A stretch of 64,000 nt of DNA from a virus (lineage: Duplodnaviria > Caudoviricetes): IMG/VR virus record IMGVR_UViG_3300010163_000009, positions 43,198-107,197 of that record. The stretch is one strand, 5' to 3'. Below, in pieces: positions 1-9,900 of the stretch (the first letter of the stretch is position 1; each line of letters starts with the position of its first letter). The notes beneath the pieces were generated by a model. The model saw nothing but the letters and a program-made list of their open reading frames with translations. It did not search any database and was not told the DNA's origin. The position numbers and the translations under genes were made by a program.

Positions 1-1
1 G

Positions 2-166
2 CCAGATTGGTTTAATCGTACATTCAAAGAAAGCGTGGCTTTGGGTGGCCGCATTTTTTCTGATGAACATCCATATTTTCAAGTTGATGAGCGGCATGTT
101 GGCCGTCTCAATGCCATAGCAAAGCGTATTAAAGCAAAGTATTTGGAAGATGGCGAAGAACAATAG
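2..166 (+). CDS. 3' end of minor head morphogenesis protein (Mu gpF/SPP1 gp7-like), partial
   Basis: Open frame from window start, PDWFNRTFKESVALGGRIFSDEHPYF...*. The G-x-IF-x3-HPYF tail and the position before a Mu gpG-like gene fit this family. Confidence 0.55.
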   Translation, partial: PDWFNRTFKESVALGGRIFSDEHPYFQVDERHVGRLNAIAKRIKAKYLEDGEEQ

Positions 167-683
167 AGGTATTCCGTTGACACCGCAACAATTTCGTGCT
201 CAATGGGAGCTATTACCTCACACTTTTGATTTGAATGTCTGGGATTTCCAAGTCTCGGTAGGTCAGTCTGCCGTAGATATTTTTCAAAAATCTTTTGATA
301 TGAAACGCTTCAATTCAAGAGGCAGTATGGTCTGGAAACATAACCCTAAACGGAATAAAGGCGGCTTTACCGTTGGTGGGCTTGTGGAATCTCGGTCATT
401 GAGAAACTCTATTGTCTATGAAGCTGAATCTTATAACCGTTCCAGAGGAAAAGTAAAGGTGTTCACTGACCCAAAAGCATTTAGTGGAACTTACAATCAT
501 AAAGGATTTTGCTTTGCCGCAGTACACAACTCGGATGACTCTTCTGTGAGAACCGGACGGGTGGCCAATATGCCCCAGCGTCAGTTTATGCCTACTGAGA
601 AACGAGACTCTTCGGTTATGAACGATAAGTTACGAGAATTGGAAAGAATATTTTTTAGAACATTCCCAGGTGTAAGACGATGA
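150..683 (+). CDS. Virion morphogenesis/neck protein (Mu gpG-like)
   Basis: LRNSI, FAAVHN and MPQRQFM motifs; head-neck context. Confidence 0.7.
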   Translation: MAKNNRGIPLTPQQFRAQWELLPHTFDLNVWDFQVSVGQSAVDIFQKSFDMKRFNSRGSMVWKHNPKRNKGGFTVGGLVESRSLRNSIVYEAESYNRSRGKVKVFTDPKAFSGTYNHKGFCFAAVHNSDDSSVRTGRVANMPQRQFMPTEKRDSSVMNDKLRELERIFFRTFPGVRR

Positions 684-1408
684 TAATTGATAAGCATAAA
701 CCAACACAACCGACAGTGCCGGAAGATGTTCCTGTTGTTTTCCAACCGGAGCTTGATGAAGTACAGGAAGTAGTTGAAACTAACGTTATGATTGAAGCAT
801 ATAAGGCTGTACGAAAGATTTTGGAGTCTATTCCTAAAGACCCCACAGATCCAAACAGCCCTCCTTTGTTTAAAACTATCAAATTGGATAACGGACAGTT
901 AACCCGTATTAAAAACAATGGGCATAATAAGGAATATGGAATAGTATTTCCTGCTGTATTCATTCACTATATCAATATTTATTACAATGTTGGTGCGGCG
1001 AATATAGCTGAAGGAAAAGGGACGATGCGTATTCATTATGTTCTCAATCGATTAAATAACAGTGATGATGAAGTTGAGTGTGAAGGTATGGAAGTATATA
1101 AACGTATTGTTTCTGCTATTGAATCACAAAAGAGTGATTTTCCTGCATTGGTGTCTCGATTCCAGTTGGAATACTGGGACCAGCCACTAACATTTGATGA
1201 TGCTTTACAGCCTTATTGGATAGATTATCAAATTTGGTTCCAAGACTTCACTGCATACGCCTACAAAAATTATAAAGACGTATATGTTACCGTGCCACCA
1301 TTTACTCAGCCAAGTGACCAAAATGAAATTGCGAATCCTGATAATATTCCAAATCACGAATATCCGAAGTTTGAAGACATTGCAGGATTTAGAGATAAAA
1401 AGCAATGA
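680..1408 (+). CDS. Putative neck/tail-completion protein
   Basis: 242-aa ORF coupled by an ATGA overlap; FPAVFI motif; neck context. Confidence 0.45.
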   Translation: MIIDKHKPTQPTVPEDVPVVFQPELDEVQEVVETNVMIEAYKAVRKILESIPKDPTDPNSPPLFKTIKLDNGQLTRIKNNGHNKEYGIVFPAVFIHYINIYYNVGAANIAEGKGTMRIHYVLNRLNNSDDEVECEGMEVYKRIVSAIESQKSDFPALVSRFQLEYWDQPLTFDDALQPYWIDYQIWFQDFTAYAYKNYKDVYVTVPPFTQPSDQNEIANPDNIPNHEYPKFEDIAGFRDKKQ

Positions 1409-1442
1409 TTTCACCCTACCATATTTGCAATCCTCTATTCTT
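1409..1442 (+). promoter_or_regulatory. Putative phage late promoter (TTTCACCC-N18-CTATTCTT)
   Basis: CACCC 1412-1416, 18-nt spacer, CTATTCTT 1435-1442. The same motif recurs before other late operons. Confidence 0.75.
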
Positions 1443-1461
1443 GGAAAAAGAGTAATCAATC

Positions 1462-2733
1462 ATGGATGCAGAAAATTTGAAATATGTAGTTGGTAGGGCT
1501 GAGGAAGGTCGGCCAGCTATCATTCGTTTTTTTTCAGCTGTAGATGAGTATAGTGTTCGTTGTTTTAACGATGAATTTTTGTGGTTGCAAGACTATGTAA
1601 AGCCTTCAAAGATTATCGTAATGATTAACTCTGAAGGAGGCTCTGTGCTGTACGGAATGAGCACGTTCTCAGTCATCCGCTCTTGTCCGATTGAAGTTGA
1701 TTGTGTGATAGAAGGCATTGCTGCTTCAATGGCCAGTGTTATTTGGGCTGCTGGTGACAATCTTTATATGCACGATTATTCATTGCTGATGATTCACAAT
1801 CCTTTTAACACAAACGTGGAAGATGCTGACCCATCAGTGAAGCAAACTGTTGAAGCATTCCGATCACAACTGGAAACTATCTACACTAAACGGTTTGGAC
1901 TTGCCAAAGACAAGGTTGCAGAAATTATGAACGGCGAAGGCGATGCCGACGGCACGTTCTTTAGCGCTAAGGACGCTGTTAAGGCAGGGTTCCTCCCTTC
2001 GGAGAATGTTATCAAGACCTCTAAAAAGGTACGAGACAAAGTGAAAAGCGAAATGATAGGCATTGATAACGCAGCAGATATGCGCAACATCATGTCAGCC
2101 GTATCTGCCGAGGTCGATGAAAATAAACTTATCGAAGCTATTTGTGCTATTCGTAATCAGACAGATAATAATTATTCACCAATCCAAGAAAACAAAATGG
2201 AAAATAACGAAAAAAACAATTTCGACGCCATTTCAGCACAACTTGGACTCGCTAAGGACACTCAGGCCGCAGCGATTGAAGCTCGCATTGCTGAGTTGAT
2301 CAATGCAGAAGCAGCACTCAAGGAAACTCAGAGTGAGCTCACTGCTACGAAGATCAAACTTGAAGGCAAGGAAGCCGAACTCGCTAACGCCAACAGCGAA
2401 ATTACCGAGACTAAGGCAGCGCTTCAGGCGTACAAGGATGCAGAGCAAGCAGCTCGCACAGCCGAGATTGAAGCCGTTATCGACGATGCAATCAAGGCAG
2501 GTAAAATTGAGGCTTCTGCAAAAGATGCTTGGACTAAGATGGCTGAGTCTGACTTCGCCACCGTAAAGAGCACTCTTGCATCAATCCAAGCACGTGAAAA
2601 AATCACAGAGAAAATCGCTGAAGACCCGGAAAACGTGGCCAAGATTGAGGACACCATGAAAGATGTGGATGCCAAAATGAAGGAGGCCATCAAGGAACAT
2701 CTGGGTGAGGTGAAATTCGAGAAATTTGACTAA
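1462..2733 (+). CDS. ClpP-like prohead protease fused to coiled-coil scaffold
   Basis: INSEGGSV, IAASMASVI (catalytic Ser) and MIHNP (His); Ala/Glu/Lys-rich helical C-terminus; directly upstream of the capsid gene. Confidence 0.9.
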   Translation: MDAENLKYVVGRAEEGRPAIIRFFSAVDEYSVRCFNDEFLWLQDYVKPSKIIVMINSEGGSVLYGMSTFSVIRSCPIEVDCVIEGIAASMASVIWAAGDNLYMHDYSLLMIHNPFNTNVEDADPSVKQTVEAFRSQLETIYTKRFGLAKDKVAEIMNGEGDADGTFFSAKDAVKAGFLPSENVIKTSKKVRDKVKSEMIGIDNAADMRNIMSAVSAEVDENKLIEAICAIRNQTDNNYSPIQENKMENNEKNNFDAISAQLGLAKDTQAAAIEARIAELINAEAALKETQSELTATKIKLEGKEAELANANSEITETKAALQAYKDAEQAARTAEIEAVIDDAIKAGKIEASAKDAWTKMAESDFATVKSTLASIQAREKITEKIAEDPENVAKIEDTMKDVDAKMKEAIKEHLGEVKFEKFD

Positions 2734-2748
2734 TCCCAATTAACCAAC

Positions 2749-3840
2749 ATGGCAACAATCAATTTTGCCGGTAACACTTACGCGGGTGAGGTTCTTGAAG
2801 ACCTCCTTGTTTATACCGCGAAGGGAAATGAGACCTATGAGGCTGGTCTTGTTCATGTGAAGCCCGGTATTCAGAAACGTTACGTTTTGCCTCACATTCA
2901 GCTGGGTTCGATTATTCAGGATAACAAGCCCACGCCTACTTCTACTGAAGGAGCTGCCAATGATGACACTGGCTTTAACCAGTATAAACTCTCTGAGCGT
3001 TATCTCGACCCTCAGGACTTTATGGTCTATTTGGAGTTCAATCCCCGTGACTTTGAGGAGTATTGGCGTTTCGCTCAGCCGGAAGGTCCGCTGGTTTTCC
3101 GTGAACTGGCTCCTGAGGTTCAGAAGACCATGCTTCGTCTGCTTCTGGACAAGAAAGATCAGTATATCAACGACTGCATCTGGTGTGGTAAGAAGGGTGG
3201 CGTAGATGCCAACATCGCCGGCCCTGCCAATGGCACTCAGCTTGGTGGTGCGACTTCTGCCGGTTTGATGAAGTATTTTGACGGTGCTCTCGCTCGTGTA
3301 CTCGCCAATTTCAAAGCCCAGGCGGCTGTATCTGCCGGTACTGCAACTGATGCAGACAAGAACGAGGTAGCTTCCGGTAAAGTTATCCTCGCCGGTTCAA
3401 CAGAGTTCAAGGATGGTAAGGACGTTGAAGACGCTCTCTATGCTATCTGGATGAAAACTCCGGCACATGTCCGTAAATCCAAGAAGCTCAAGTTCGTCAT
3501 GGGCTGGGATGTATGGGATACGTATGACCAGTACCTGACAACTCAGAAAGAGTTCAAGTATGTTGAGAACCCGGATGTCAATAAGCGCACTTTCAAGGGA
3601 AAGCAGATTGTCGTTATCGATGGCCTGCCTGAGTCAACAATCTTCTTTGGCAAGTTCTCGACCGATCAGGATTCTTGCCTCTGGATGGCAATTGACTACA
3701 GCACCGATGAAGAGAGCGTAAAGGTTGAGCGTCTTCAGGCCAATTCGGAGATGTATTTCTTCCAGATGCGAATGAAGATGGACATCAATCTGGTTCGTCC
3801 CGGTGAACTGGTAGTGTGGACACCCTACACAAACGCATAA
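2749..3840 (+). CDS. Major capsid protein
   Basis: 363 aa after protease/scaffold; strongly biased codon usage; followed by a terminator. Confidence 0.8.
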   Translation: MATINFAGNTYAGEVLEDLLVYTAKGNETYEAGLVHVKPGIQKRYVLPHIQLGSIIQDNKPTPTSTEGAANDDTGFNQYKLSERYLDPQDFMVYLEFNPRDFEEYWRFAQPEGPLVFRELAPEVQKTMLRLLLDKKDQYINDCIWCGKKGGVDANIAGPANGTQLGGATSAGLMKYFDGALARVLANFKAQAAVSAGTATDADKNEVASGKVILAGSTEFKDGKDVEDALYAIWMKTPAHVRKSKKLKFVMGWDVWDTYDQYLTTQKEFKYVENPDVNKRTFKGKQIVVIDGLPESTIFFGKFSTDQDSCLWMAIDYSTDEESVKVERLQANSEMYFFQMRMKMDINLVRPGELVVWTPYTNA

Positions 3841-3863
3841 CCCGATAACAGCAAGTATCATCG

Positions 3864-3903
3864 GAAAGAGGAGTGGAGACAGCGAAACTCCGCTCCTCTT
3901 TTC
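3864..3903 (+). terminator. Rho-independent terminator after capsid gene
   Basis: AAAGAGGAGTGGAG / CTCCGCTCCTCTTT stem (one G-U pair) ending in a T-run. Confidence 0.75.
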
Positions 3904-3925
3904 AATTTAAGACCACTTTATAACT

Positions 3926-4312
3926 ATGGCTAAGAAGAAAACCACAGAAACGGCTGAAGCAACTGCACCTGAAGTGACAACGCTTGAGACTCCTGTACAA
4001 GAAGTATCTGAAGCATCGACAGCCGAAGCCAATCAGCCTGAACCTACAGAGGTTAAGACTGAAACAGAGACCAATGTTGAGACCGAGGCAACAAGCCATG
4101 AAGAGGAAACTGCTACAGAACAAGCTCCCGCAGAAGTTGCTCCAGAACCTGTTACTCCGGTAATTCCGGATAAGGCATTGGCATATCTCCGTCGTCACCC
4201 TGAAGACAAGGAAGTGTACATCGACAAGTTCGGCGGTGTATTTCCGGTAAGCATCCCCAAAGTGTTTGTGACGGATGCCGTCCTCTACCAAAATCCATTT
4301 TACAAACAATAA
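3926..4312 (+). CDS. Hypothetical virion-associated protein with acidic low-complexity N-terminus
   Basis: 128 aa: E/T/A/P-rich N-terminus and a compact ~40-aa C-terminal domain; lies between capsid and sheath. Confidence 0.6.
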   Translation: MAKKKTTETAEATAPEVTTLETPVQEVSEASTAEANQPEPTEVKTETETNVETEATSHEEETATEQAPAEVAPEPVTPVIPDKALAYLRRHPEDKEVYIDKFGGVFPVSIPKVFVTDAVLYQNPFYKQ

Positions 4313-4324
4313 AACTATCATACA

Positions 4325-5659
4325 ATGGCATTAGGAAATGTTTTTATGAGAGACACGGATGGCAATATTCCAGTATTGCGATCCAACACTATTGAAAAAG
4401 TGTGTGGTCTCATTTTCGACATCTCTGGTCAGACTAACTTCTGGACTGAAGGCGGTGGAGCCAACATTGCTGACACTTGGAAGGACAAGATAATAGAGCT
4501 TAATAGCCTCAATGATGCTATTGAAGCTGGTATTACTGCTTATACCGGAGAAGTTGACAGCGAGACCAGTGTAAGCACCGATGTCTTGGCAGGTATTCCT
4601 TATTATCACATTCGCCAGTTCTTTAATATGGCTGGCGGTAGTGGTCGTCTGTTTGTCATGTTCGCAGATTGTTCTAATGATTGGAACGCAATTATTGAAA
4701 TGCAGCGTGCAGCCAGTGGGTCGATTTTCCAAATTGGCGTATGGACAGAACAGCAACTTTGGAATAAGCCTGATGAGAGTGCTAACGCTTATTCTATCGG
4801 TCTTGTAGCCGATATTAACCGTGCAGCAGTTGAGCTTGCTGATGAGTATTTTGCTCCGGCATCGATCCTTCTCTGTGCTAATACTTCCAAGGTAAAGGTA
4901 GGTACTGCAACAACCAATCAGGTTGCAATCAGTCAGATACCTTCGTGTGTAGTTGATGCCCGTTATGTTACGGTGCTTTTGTCTCAGTCAATGGAAGAGG
5001 ATGTTCGACGTATGCAGGCTTCTCTCGCATCGACAACCCCTGTTGGCGTTTTGGGTCTTGCCCTTGGAACCCTTACACAAGCCGGTGTCGGTGAGTCTAT
5101 CGGTTGGGTTCGTCAGTTTGATCTTGTGAATTATGTTCCGGCAATCGAAATGGGATTTGGTGACTCTACTGTTGTCGAAGGTCTTATCACCAATGGACTT
5201 AGCTACTCTGCATTGAGCAAGGCTCAACTTAATGCGTTGGAGGAAGCTGGTTATGTGTTTGTCCGCTCTTTTGAGGGGCTGGAAGGACATACTTACTTTG
5301 CTAACGACCACACTTGCTCTGCTGGAGACTTCTGTACCATTTCACGTAACAGAACAATCAACAAGTCCCGTCGTCTCATTCGTATTGCGTTGCTTCCTTA
5401 TGTGAACTCGCCAATTAAAGTTGATCCCTCTAATGGCAATCTGTCTTCCGCTCAGGTAACTGTTTTCGAGAATTTGCTCAAAGACATCCTGGATGAGATG
5501 GAAAGCGCAGAGGAAATCAGCGGAACATCTTTTATAACTGTTCCTGCTGAACAGAATATTCTCGTCACCAAAAAGTTGACTCTCTCGTATGGTATCGTTC
5601 CGATGGGCTGTGCCGAGTCTATCGAAGTCACGGAAGGTCTCTACGTTAGTCAGCAGTAA
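4325..5659 (+). CDS. Contractile tail sheath protein
   Basis: 444 aa; GYVF, YFANDHTC, NRTINK and IVPMG sheath-type C-terminal motifs; precedes the tube gene. Confidence 0.85.
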   Translation: MALGNVFMRDTDGNIPVLRSNTIEKVCGLIFDISGQTNFWTEGGGANIADTWKDKIIELNSLNDAIEAGITAYTGEVDSETSVSTDVLAGIPYYHIRQFFNMAGGSGRLFVMFADCSNDWNAIIEMQRAASGSIFQIGVWTEQQLWNKPDESANAYSIGLVADINRAAVELADEYFAPASILLCANTSKVKVGTATTNQVAISQIPSCVVDARYVTVLLSQSMEEDVRRMQASLASTTPVGVLGLALGTLTQAGVGESIGWVRQFDLVNYVPAIEMGFGDSTVVEGLITNGLSYSALSKAQLNALEEAGYVFVRSFEGLEGHTYFANDHTCSAGDFCTISRNRTINKSRRLIRIALLPYVNSPIKVDPSNGNLSSAQVTVFENLLKDILDEMESAEEISGTSFITVPAEQNILVTKKLTLSYGIVPMGCAESIEVTEGLYVSQQ

Positions 5660-5677
5660 TAAAAATCACATACGACA

Positions 5678-6127
5678 ATGATTATCAATAATGTGGCCTA
5701 TTCGTGGGCAATGGTTCAGCTGACTTCTTTGGCACTCACAGGGTCAGCAAACCCGAATCCTATCATTCTTCAGGGTGTGAATGCTATCAAGTGGAACAGG
5801 AAGAAGAAGGTGGAGACTAACTATGGTCTTGGTGGTGAGCCGGTAAATCGTGGTTTTGGTAACACTGAATACACAGCTCAAATCACGATGGATTACAACA
5901 CTCAGGTTCAGCTTCGAGCACTCAAAGGTTCTTTGATGGCTATTGGTGAATTTGACTTGGTAATTTCGTTCGCAAATGAGTTTAATTCTGAAGACTTCTC
6001 AACAGAGACTGTTACATTGAAGGGTTGTCTCTTTAACGAAGACGGTATGGAAGTTTCTCAGGATGACACCAACATCACCAAGGAGTTCGAGCTTAATCCT
6101 TTCAAGATTGAACTGAGTATTAAATAA
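5678..6127 (+). CDS. Tail tube protein
   Basis: 149 aa after the sheath; NNVAYSW and YGLGGEPVNRGFGN motifs. Confidence 0.85.
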   Translation: MIINNVAYSWAMVQLTSLALTGSANPNPIILQGVNAIKWNRKKKVETNYGLGGEPVNRGFGNTEYTAQITMDYNTQVQLRALKGSLMAIGEFDLVISFANEFNSEDFSTETVTLKGCLFNEDGMEVSQDDTNITKEFELNPFKIELSIK

Positions 6128-6157
6128 TTTCTTCCATAGGATTTATTAGAGTGAATG

Positions 6158-6196
6158 GATGCGGCACTGGTATTATTCTGGTGTCGCATTTTATTT
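6158..6196 (+). terminator. Putative terminator after tail tube gene
   Basis: GATGCGGCACTGG / CTGGTGTCGCATT stem with G-U pairs, followed by TTATTT. Confidence 0.6.
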
Positions 6197-6201
6197 GAGG
6201 A

Positions 6202-6236
6202 TTTTCACCCACGTAAACAATGGATGTTCTATTCTT
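6202..6236 (+). promoter_or_regulatory. Putative phage late promoter
   Basis: CACCC 6206-6210, N18, CTATTCTT 6229-6236. Confidence 0.75.
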
Positions 6237-6269
6237 TATTGAATATCAATTTTAATCACAATTAAAATT

Positions 6270-6665
6270 ATGGAAGAAAAAGAAACCCTTGAACTTCAGG
6301 CAATCGAAGAAATCGATCCTAAGCTTCGTGCAGCCGTTGAGAAGAAGGTTGCAGACTTGAAAGCAAATAACCCAAAGGCAAAAATTTTCCCGCTCATGGT
6401 GGATGGTGATCCTGATGACGAGAAAGAAGTGTATATCGGCTATTTCACACAGCCATCGTTTATCACTTTCTCCAAGTACATGACTTTCGCTCAGAAAGAT
6501 CAAGTATCTGCTATGCGCCAGCTCGCCCGCGACTGTTTCCTTGATGGAGACCGTGAACTCATTGACGACGATTCTCTGTTCCTTTTCGGTCTTATGGGGC
6601 AGTTAAACAATATAATCCAGATGCGCGGCGGTCGTGTTATAAATTTATCGAAGCCTGGGAAGTAA
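6270..6665 (+). CDS. Tail assembly chaperone (gpG-like)
   Basis: 131 aa between tube and tape measure, with a slippery site near its 3' end. Confidence 0.8.
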   Translation: MEEKETLELQAIEEIDPKLRAAVEKKVADLKANNPKAKIFPLMVDGDPDDEKEVYIGYFTQPSFITFSKYMTFAQKDQVSAMRQLARDCFLDGDRELIDDDSLFLFGLMGQLNNIIQMRGGRVINLSKPGK

Positions 6666-6832
6666 GAGAGGGCGATTATTTTCGTCAAAAAATAATTCTC
6701 TTACGACATTACTTTCCAGGCATCAATATCGATGACCTTGACGAAGAAGAATTTGCCAGACTTGTCTGTGACGCAGAATGGATGCACAGCCAAATGGTTA
6801 TCACAAGACATGCAAATGCTTTAGGATTATAA
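6641..6832 (+). CDS. -1 frameshift extension of tail chaperone (gpGT-like C-terminus)
   Basis: In-frame A-AAT-TTA heptamer at 6641-6647. The -1 frame is open for 63 codons (KFIEAWEVREGDYFRQKIILLRHYFPG...GL*) with no early ATG. Not in the ORF track. Confidence 0.8.
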   Translation, partial: KFIEAWEVREGDYFRQKIILLRHYFPGINIDDLDEEEFARLVCDAEWMHSQMVITRHANALGL

Positions 6833-6850
6833 TGCGATAACTCGTTGAAA

Positions 6851-6890
6851 AGCCCCGTTGTAAATCTTGTACAACGGGGCTAATCTTTTC
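6851..6890 (+). terminator. Hairpin/terminator before tape measure gene
   Basis: Perfect 12-bp stem AGCCCCGTTGTA / TACAACGGGGCT. Confidence 0.7.
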
Positions 6891-6919
6891 CCCATGCCAT
6901 TGCTTCTATCTCTATTCTT
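6886..6919 (+). promoter_or_regulatory. Putative phage late promoter
   Basis: TTTTCCCC ending 6893, N18, CTATTCTT 6912-6919. Confidence 0.7.
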
Positions 6920-6939
6920 TGTAAAAGACATATTTAATT

Positions 6940-9900
6940 ATGGCCGGACAAACATATCAAGTAAACTATATAGTCAATGTTGATGCTGCTAATGCACAAT
7001 CTGCGATAAATTCGTTTAAGCGTGCGGTTGCCTCAATGGATAAAGCTACGAAACCTATTATCGACTTACAGAATAAAGTTCGTGGCCTCGTAGAGACTAT
7101 GAGTGCGCTTAACAGAGGAAAATATTCTGTTAAGATAGATACTCGACCTGCCACTCAAAAGATAGGGAAACTGATTCGTGCTTTGCAGATGGCTAAGGCC
7201 GAAGTGCAGCAACTAAATGCTATGGGGGTAACTTTGGGAGGTGCAGGAACCAAAAGGAAAACCACATCTCGTACAACTGCTGCTTCTGTTGGCAGCTCTG
7301 CATCTCGCACACGAACAACACCTTCCAGTTCATCTCGCACAGCAACGTCTTCAACAAGACGTTACGTTTCCCCAATAATGAAGCATCCCACTAATCTCGG
7401 ATATAAACTTTGGGGTCCAACTCCGCTGCCTAATAACGGAGGCATGGCTATTGATATGCTTAAAGGTATGGGGATTGCTTACGGGCTTGCTGGTGCTGGA
7501 ATGATGGTGTCAAATGTTGTTAATCAAGCTGCTGAGTACGACAACTTGATGAAGACAGTTGAAAATATTCTGAAGTCCCATGATACTGAAGAAGATTTTG
7601 CAGGCAGATTTGCCCAGATGACTCAAACGGTTCGTAATGTCGGCATGAAAACGAAATTTACAGTAGTAGAGGTTGCTGATGCCGCACGTTTCCTTGCTAT
7701 GGCCGGTTTGAATGTAAATGCAATCCAACAAGCAATCAGTCCTATTGCCGATATAGCTTTGGTTGGAGATACTGAACTTGGTAAAACCGCTGATTTGGTC
7801 ACTAATATTATGACCGCATATAACATTGCGCCTAACCAAATGCGTAATACAGCAGATATTATGACCAATACATTTACTATGTCAAATACTACTTTGACCG
7901 AAATCGCTGAAGCTTATAAATATGCTGCATCGTTGCTTTCTGCTGGTAAAGTTCCGTTTGAAGAAGCTACGGCTGCTATTGGTGTATTGGGTGATGCCGG
8001 TATCAAAGGTTCACAGGCTGGTACGACAATGCGTACTATTATGGCAAACATTGCAAACCCGACTAAGAAGCAAAGGGAAGCATGGGATGCGATAGGCGTT
8101 AGCCGTATTGATAAAAACGGAAAACGGAAAAGCCTCCTTCAGATATTTCAGGAACTACATGACAAAAATCTTGATGTTGATGCGTATTACAATATATTTC
8201 ATAAAACCGCAGCTTCTGGAGCTGTAGCTCTTGCTGCACACGCAGATAAATGGGAAACTGTTTATCTTGAAAATTTCTTGTCTGGCGGCATGACACGTCG
8301 TTTGGCAGAAGAAAAACAAAATACTTTTAAAGGCTTGGTTGCACAGCTTGAATCTGTTTTTACCGATCAAGGAGTGACAGCGTTTAATGGAGTGCAGGGA
8401 ATATTGCGTGGTTGGATGAAATCGTCAATCAATTGGATGGATCCTAATAAAAACCCTGATGCACAAAAAGTATTCAAAGAGGTTGCCAATAGTTTGATAG
8501 AGTTTATACAAGTTCTTATCGATGCTTCTAAATGGTTTGTTTGGTTTTTTGATAAATTCGGTAGAATAGTGAAAACATGGGCCAAATTTCAGTTAATGAT
8601 TTGGCCTGTAGTAAAAGCTGTTACTGCTTTTAGAAGTGCGTTCCTTGGTCTTTTGGGATTAAGAAAGGTTAGTAGCGTACTTATAGGTTTCTCCAGCATC
8701 TTTGGCAATCTCAACAAAAAGCTTCTCGTTTTAGGAACTACGTTAAAGCAAGGTGGGTGGTTTAAGCAAAAGATAGGTGGTAGCATAGCAACTTTTCTTG
8801 GTAACACAGTTCCTGTAGCACCTCCGGGAAATACGTCTGGTGTCACACAAGTATCTCCATTTGGCTTTACAACTGGCATGGCTGGGTTTGCTCCATTGTC
8901 ATATAAACAGTACATGAAAGCAGCTAAAGGTTTGGACTTATCCAGACCTCATGCTTCAACCAGTGGCTATTACCTGAACAATATAGACAATTTCGGTCGT
9001 GAGGCAGAGGTTGCTGCATGGAACTCTGGAGTGTATGCTAATCGTCAGGCTGAGGATAAAGCCGCATTAAATCGATACAAGCAAAACCAAAAGACATTCA
9101 ATAAGCGTGTTCGTAACATGCAAATAAAGAATGGTCTTGGTGGTTTGGGTAAAATGGGGCTTGGCACAGCCGGTATGATGTTGGGTATGCACCAAATGAC
9201 TAAAGAAAATGCAAATGGTTGGGATGTTGCTTCTGGTGGACTCTTTGCTGCGGCAGGAATGGCTGCAATGGTTGGTGGTCCGGTTGGATGGATAGCTGCT
9301 GCTGGTTTGGCTCTTGGCGCATTGGGTTCTTCTTTGATGAGCTTCAACCAAAATCTTAATGCACTTTCTGACTTTGTTAATAGTTTCAGTAGAAGCCATC
9401 AACTTCTTGATGGAGCTTTACTTAATGGTAATACTCGTACAGAGCGTTATCTTGAATTTATATGGCGTAAGAACTACGATATAAATGACCTTATTCAACG
9501 TCGTATTGAGTTGATGAAGGAACTTCTTGGTATTGAAACACCAAATGCTACTACTACAAAAGATGTTGGCAATGAAGTGTATAAAACCATGTATGAGAAG
9601 TTTTACGCAGCTGACTCATTATGGGGGAGTTCTCCTGCCGCATCACGTGCCGCAGAACTTTTTAATAAATATGGTAAAGAGTTTGGTCTATCTATTGATA
9701 AACGTACAGAGACGTATTTGACAGGATATGATAGATATGGTAGACCTATGTATAACTCTCGTACTTATTGGGGTTATAAAGACGCTGAAGGAAACATTAT
9801 AAAGTTCAATAATCCGGATGGAACTTCTGATGCAAATGATGCTGTAATGTATGACGTTGCCGCTGCAATGGAAATGTTGCACGGACAGTATCGTTCTAAG

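Noticed and set aside
7240-7365. Ser/Thr/Arg-rich tract in the tape measure as a substrate of the CotH-like kinase
   Set aside because: Low-complexity linkers are common in tape measure proteins, and nothing in the sequence links the two.
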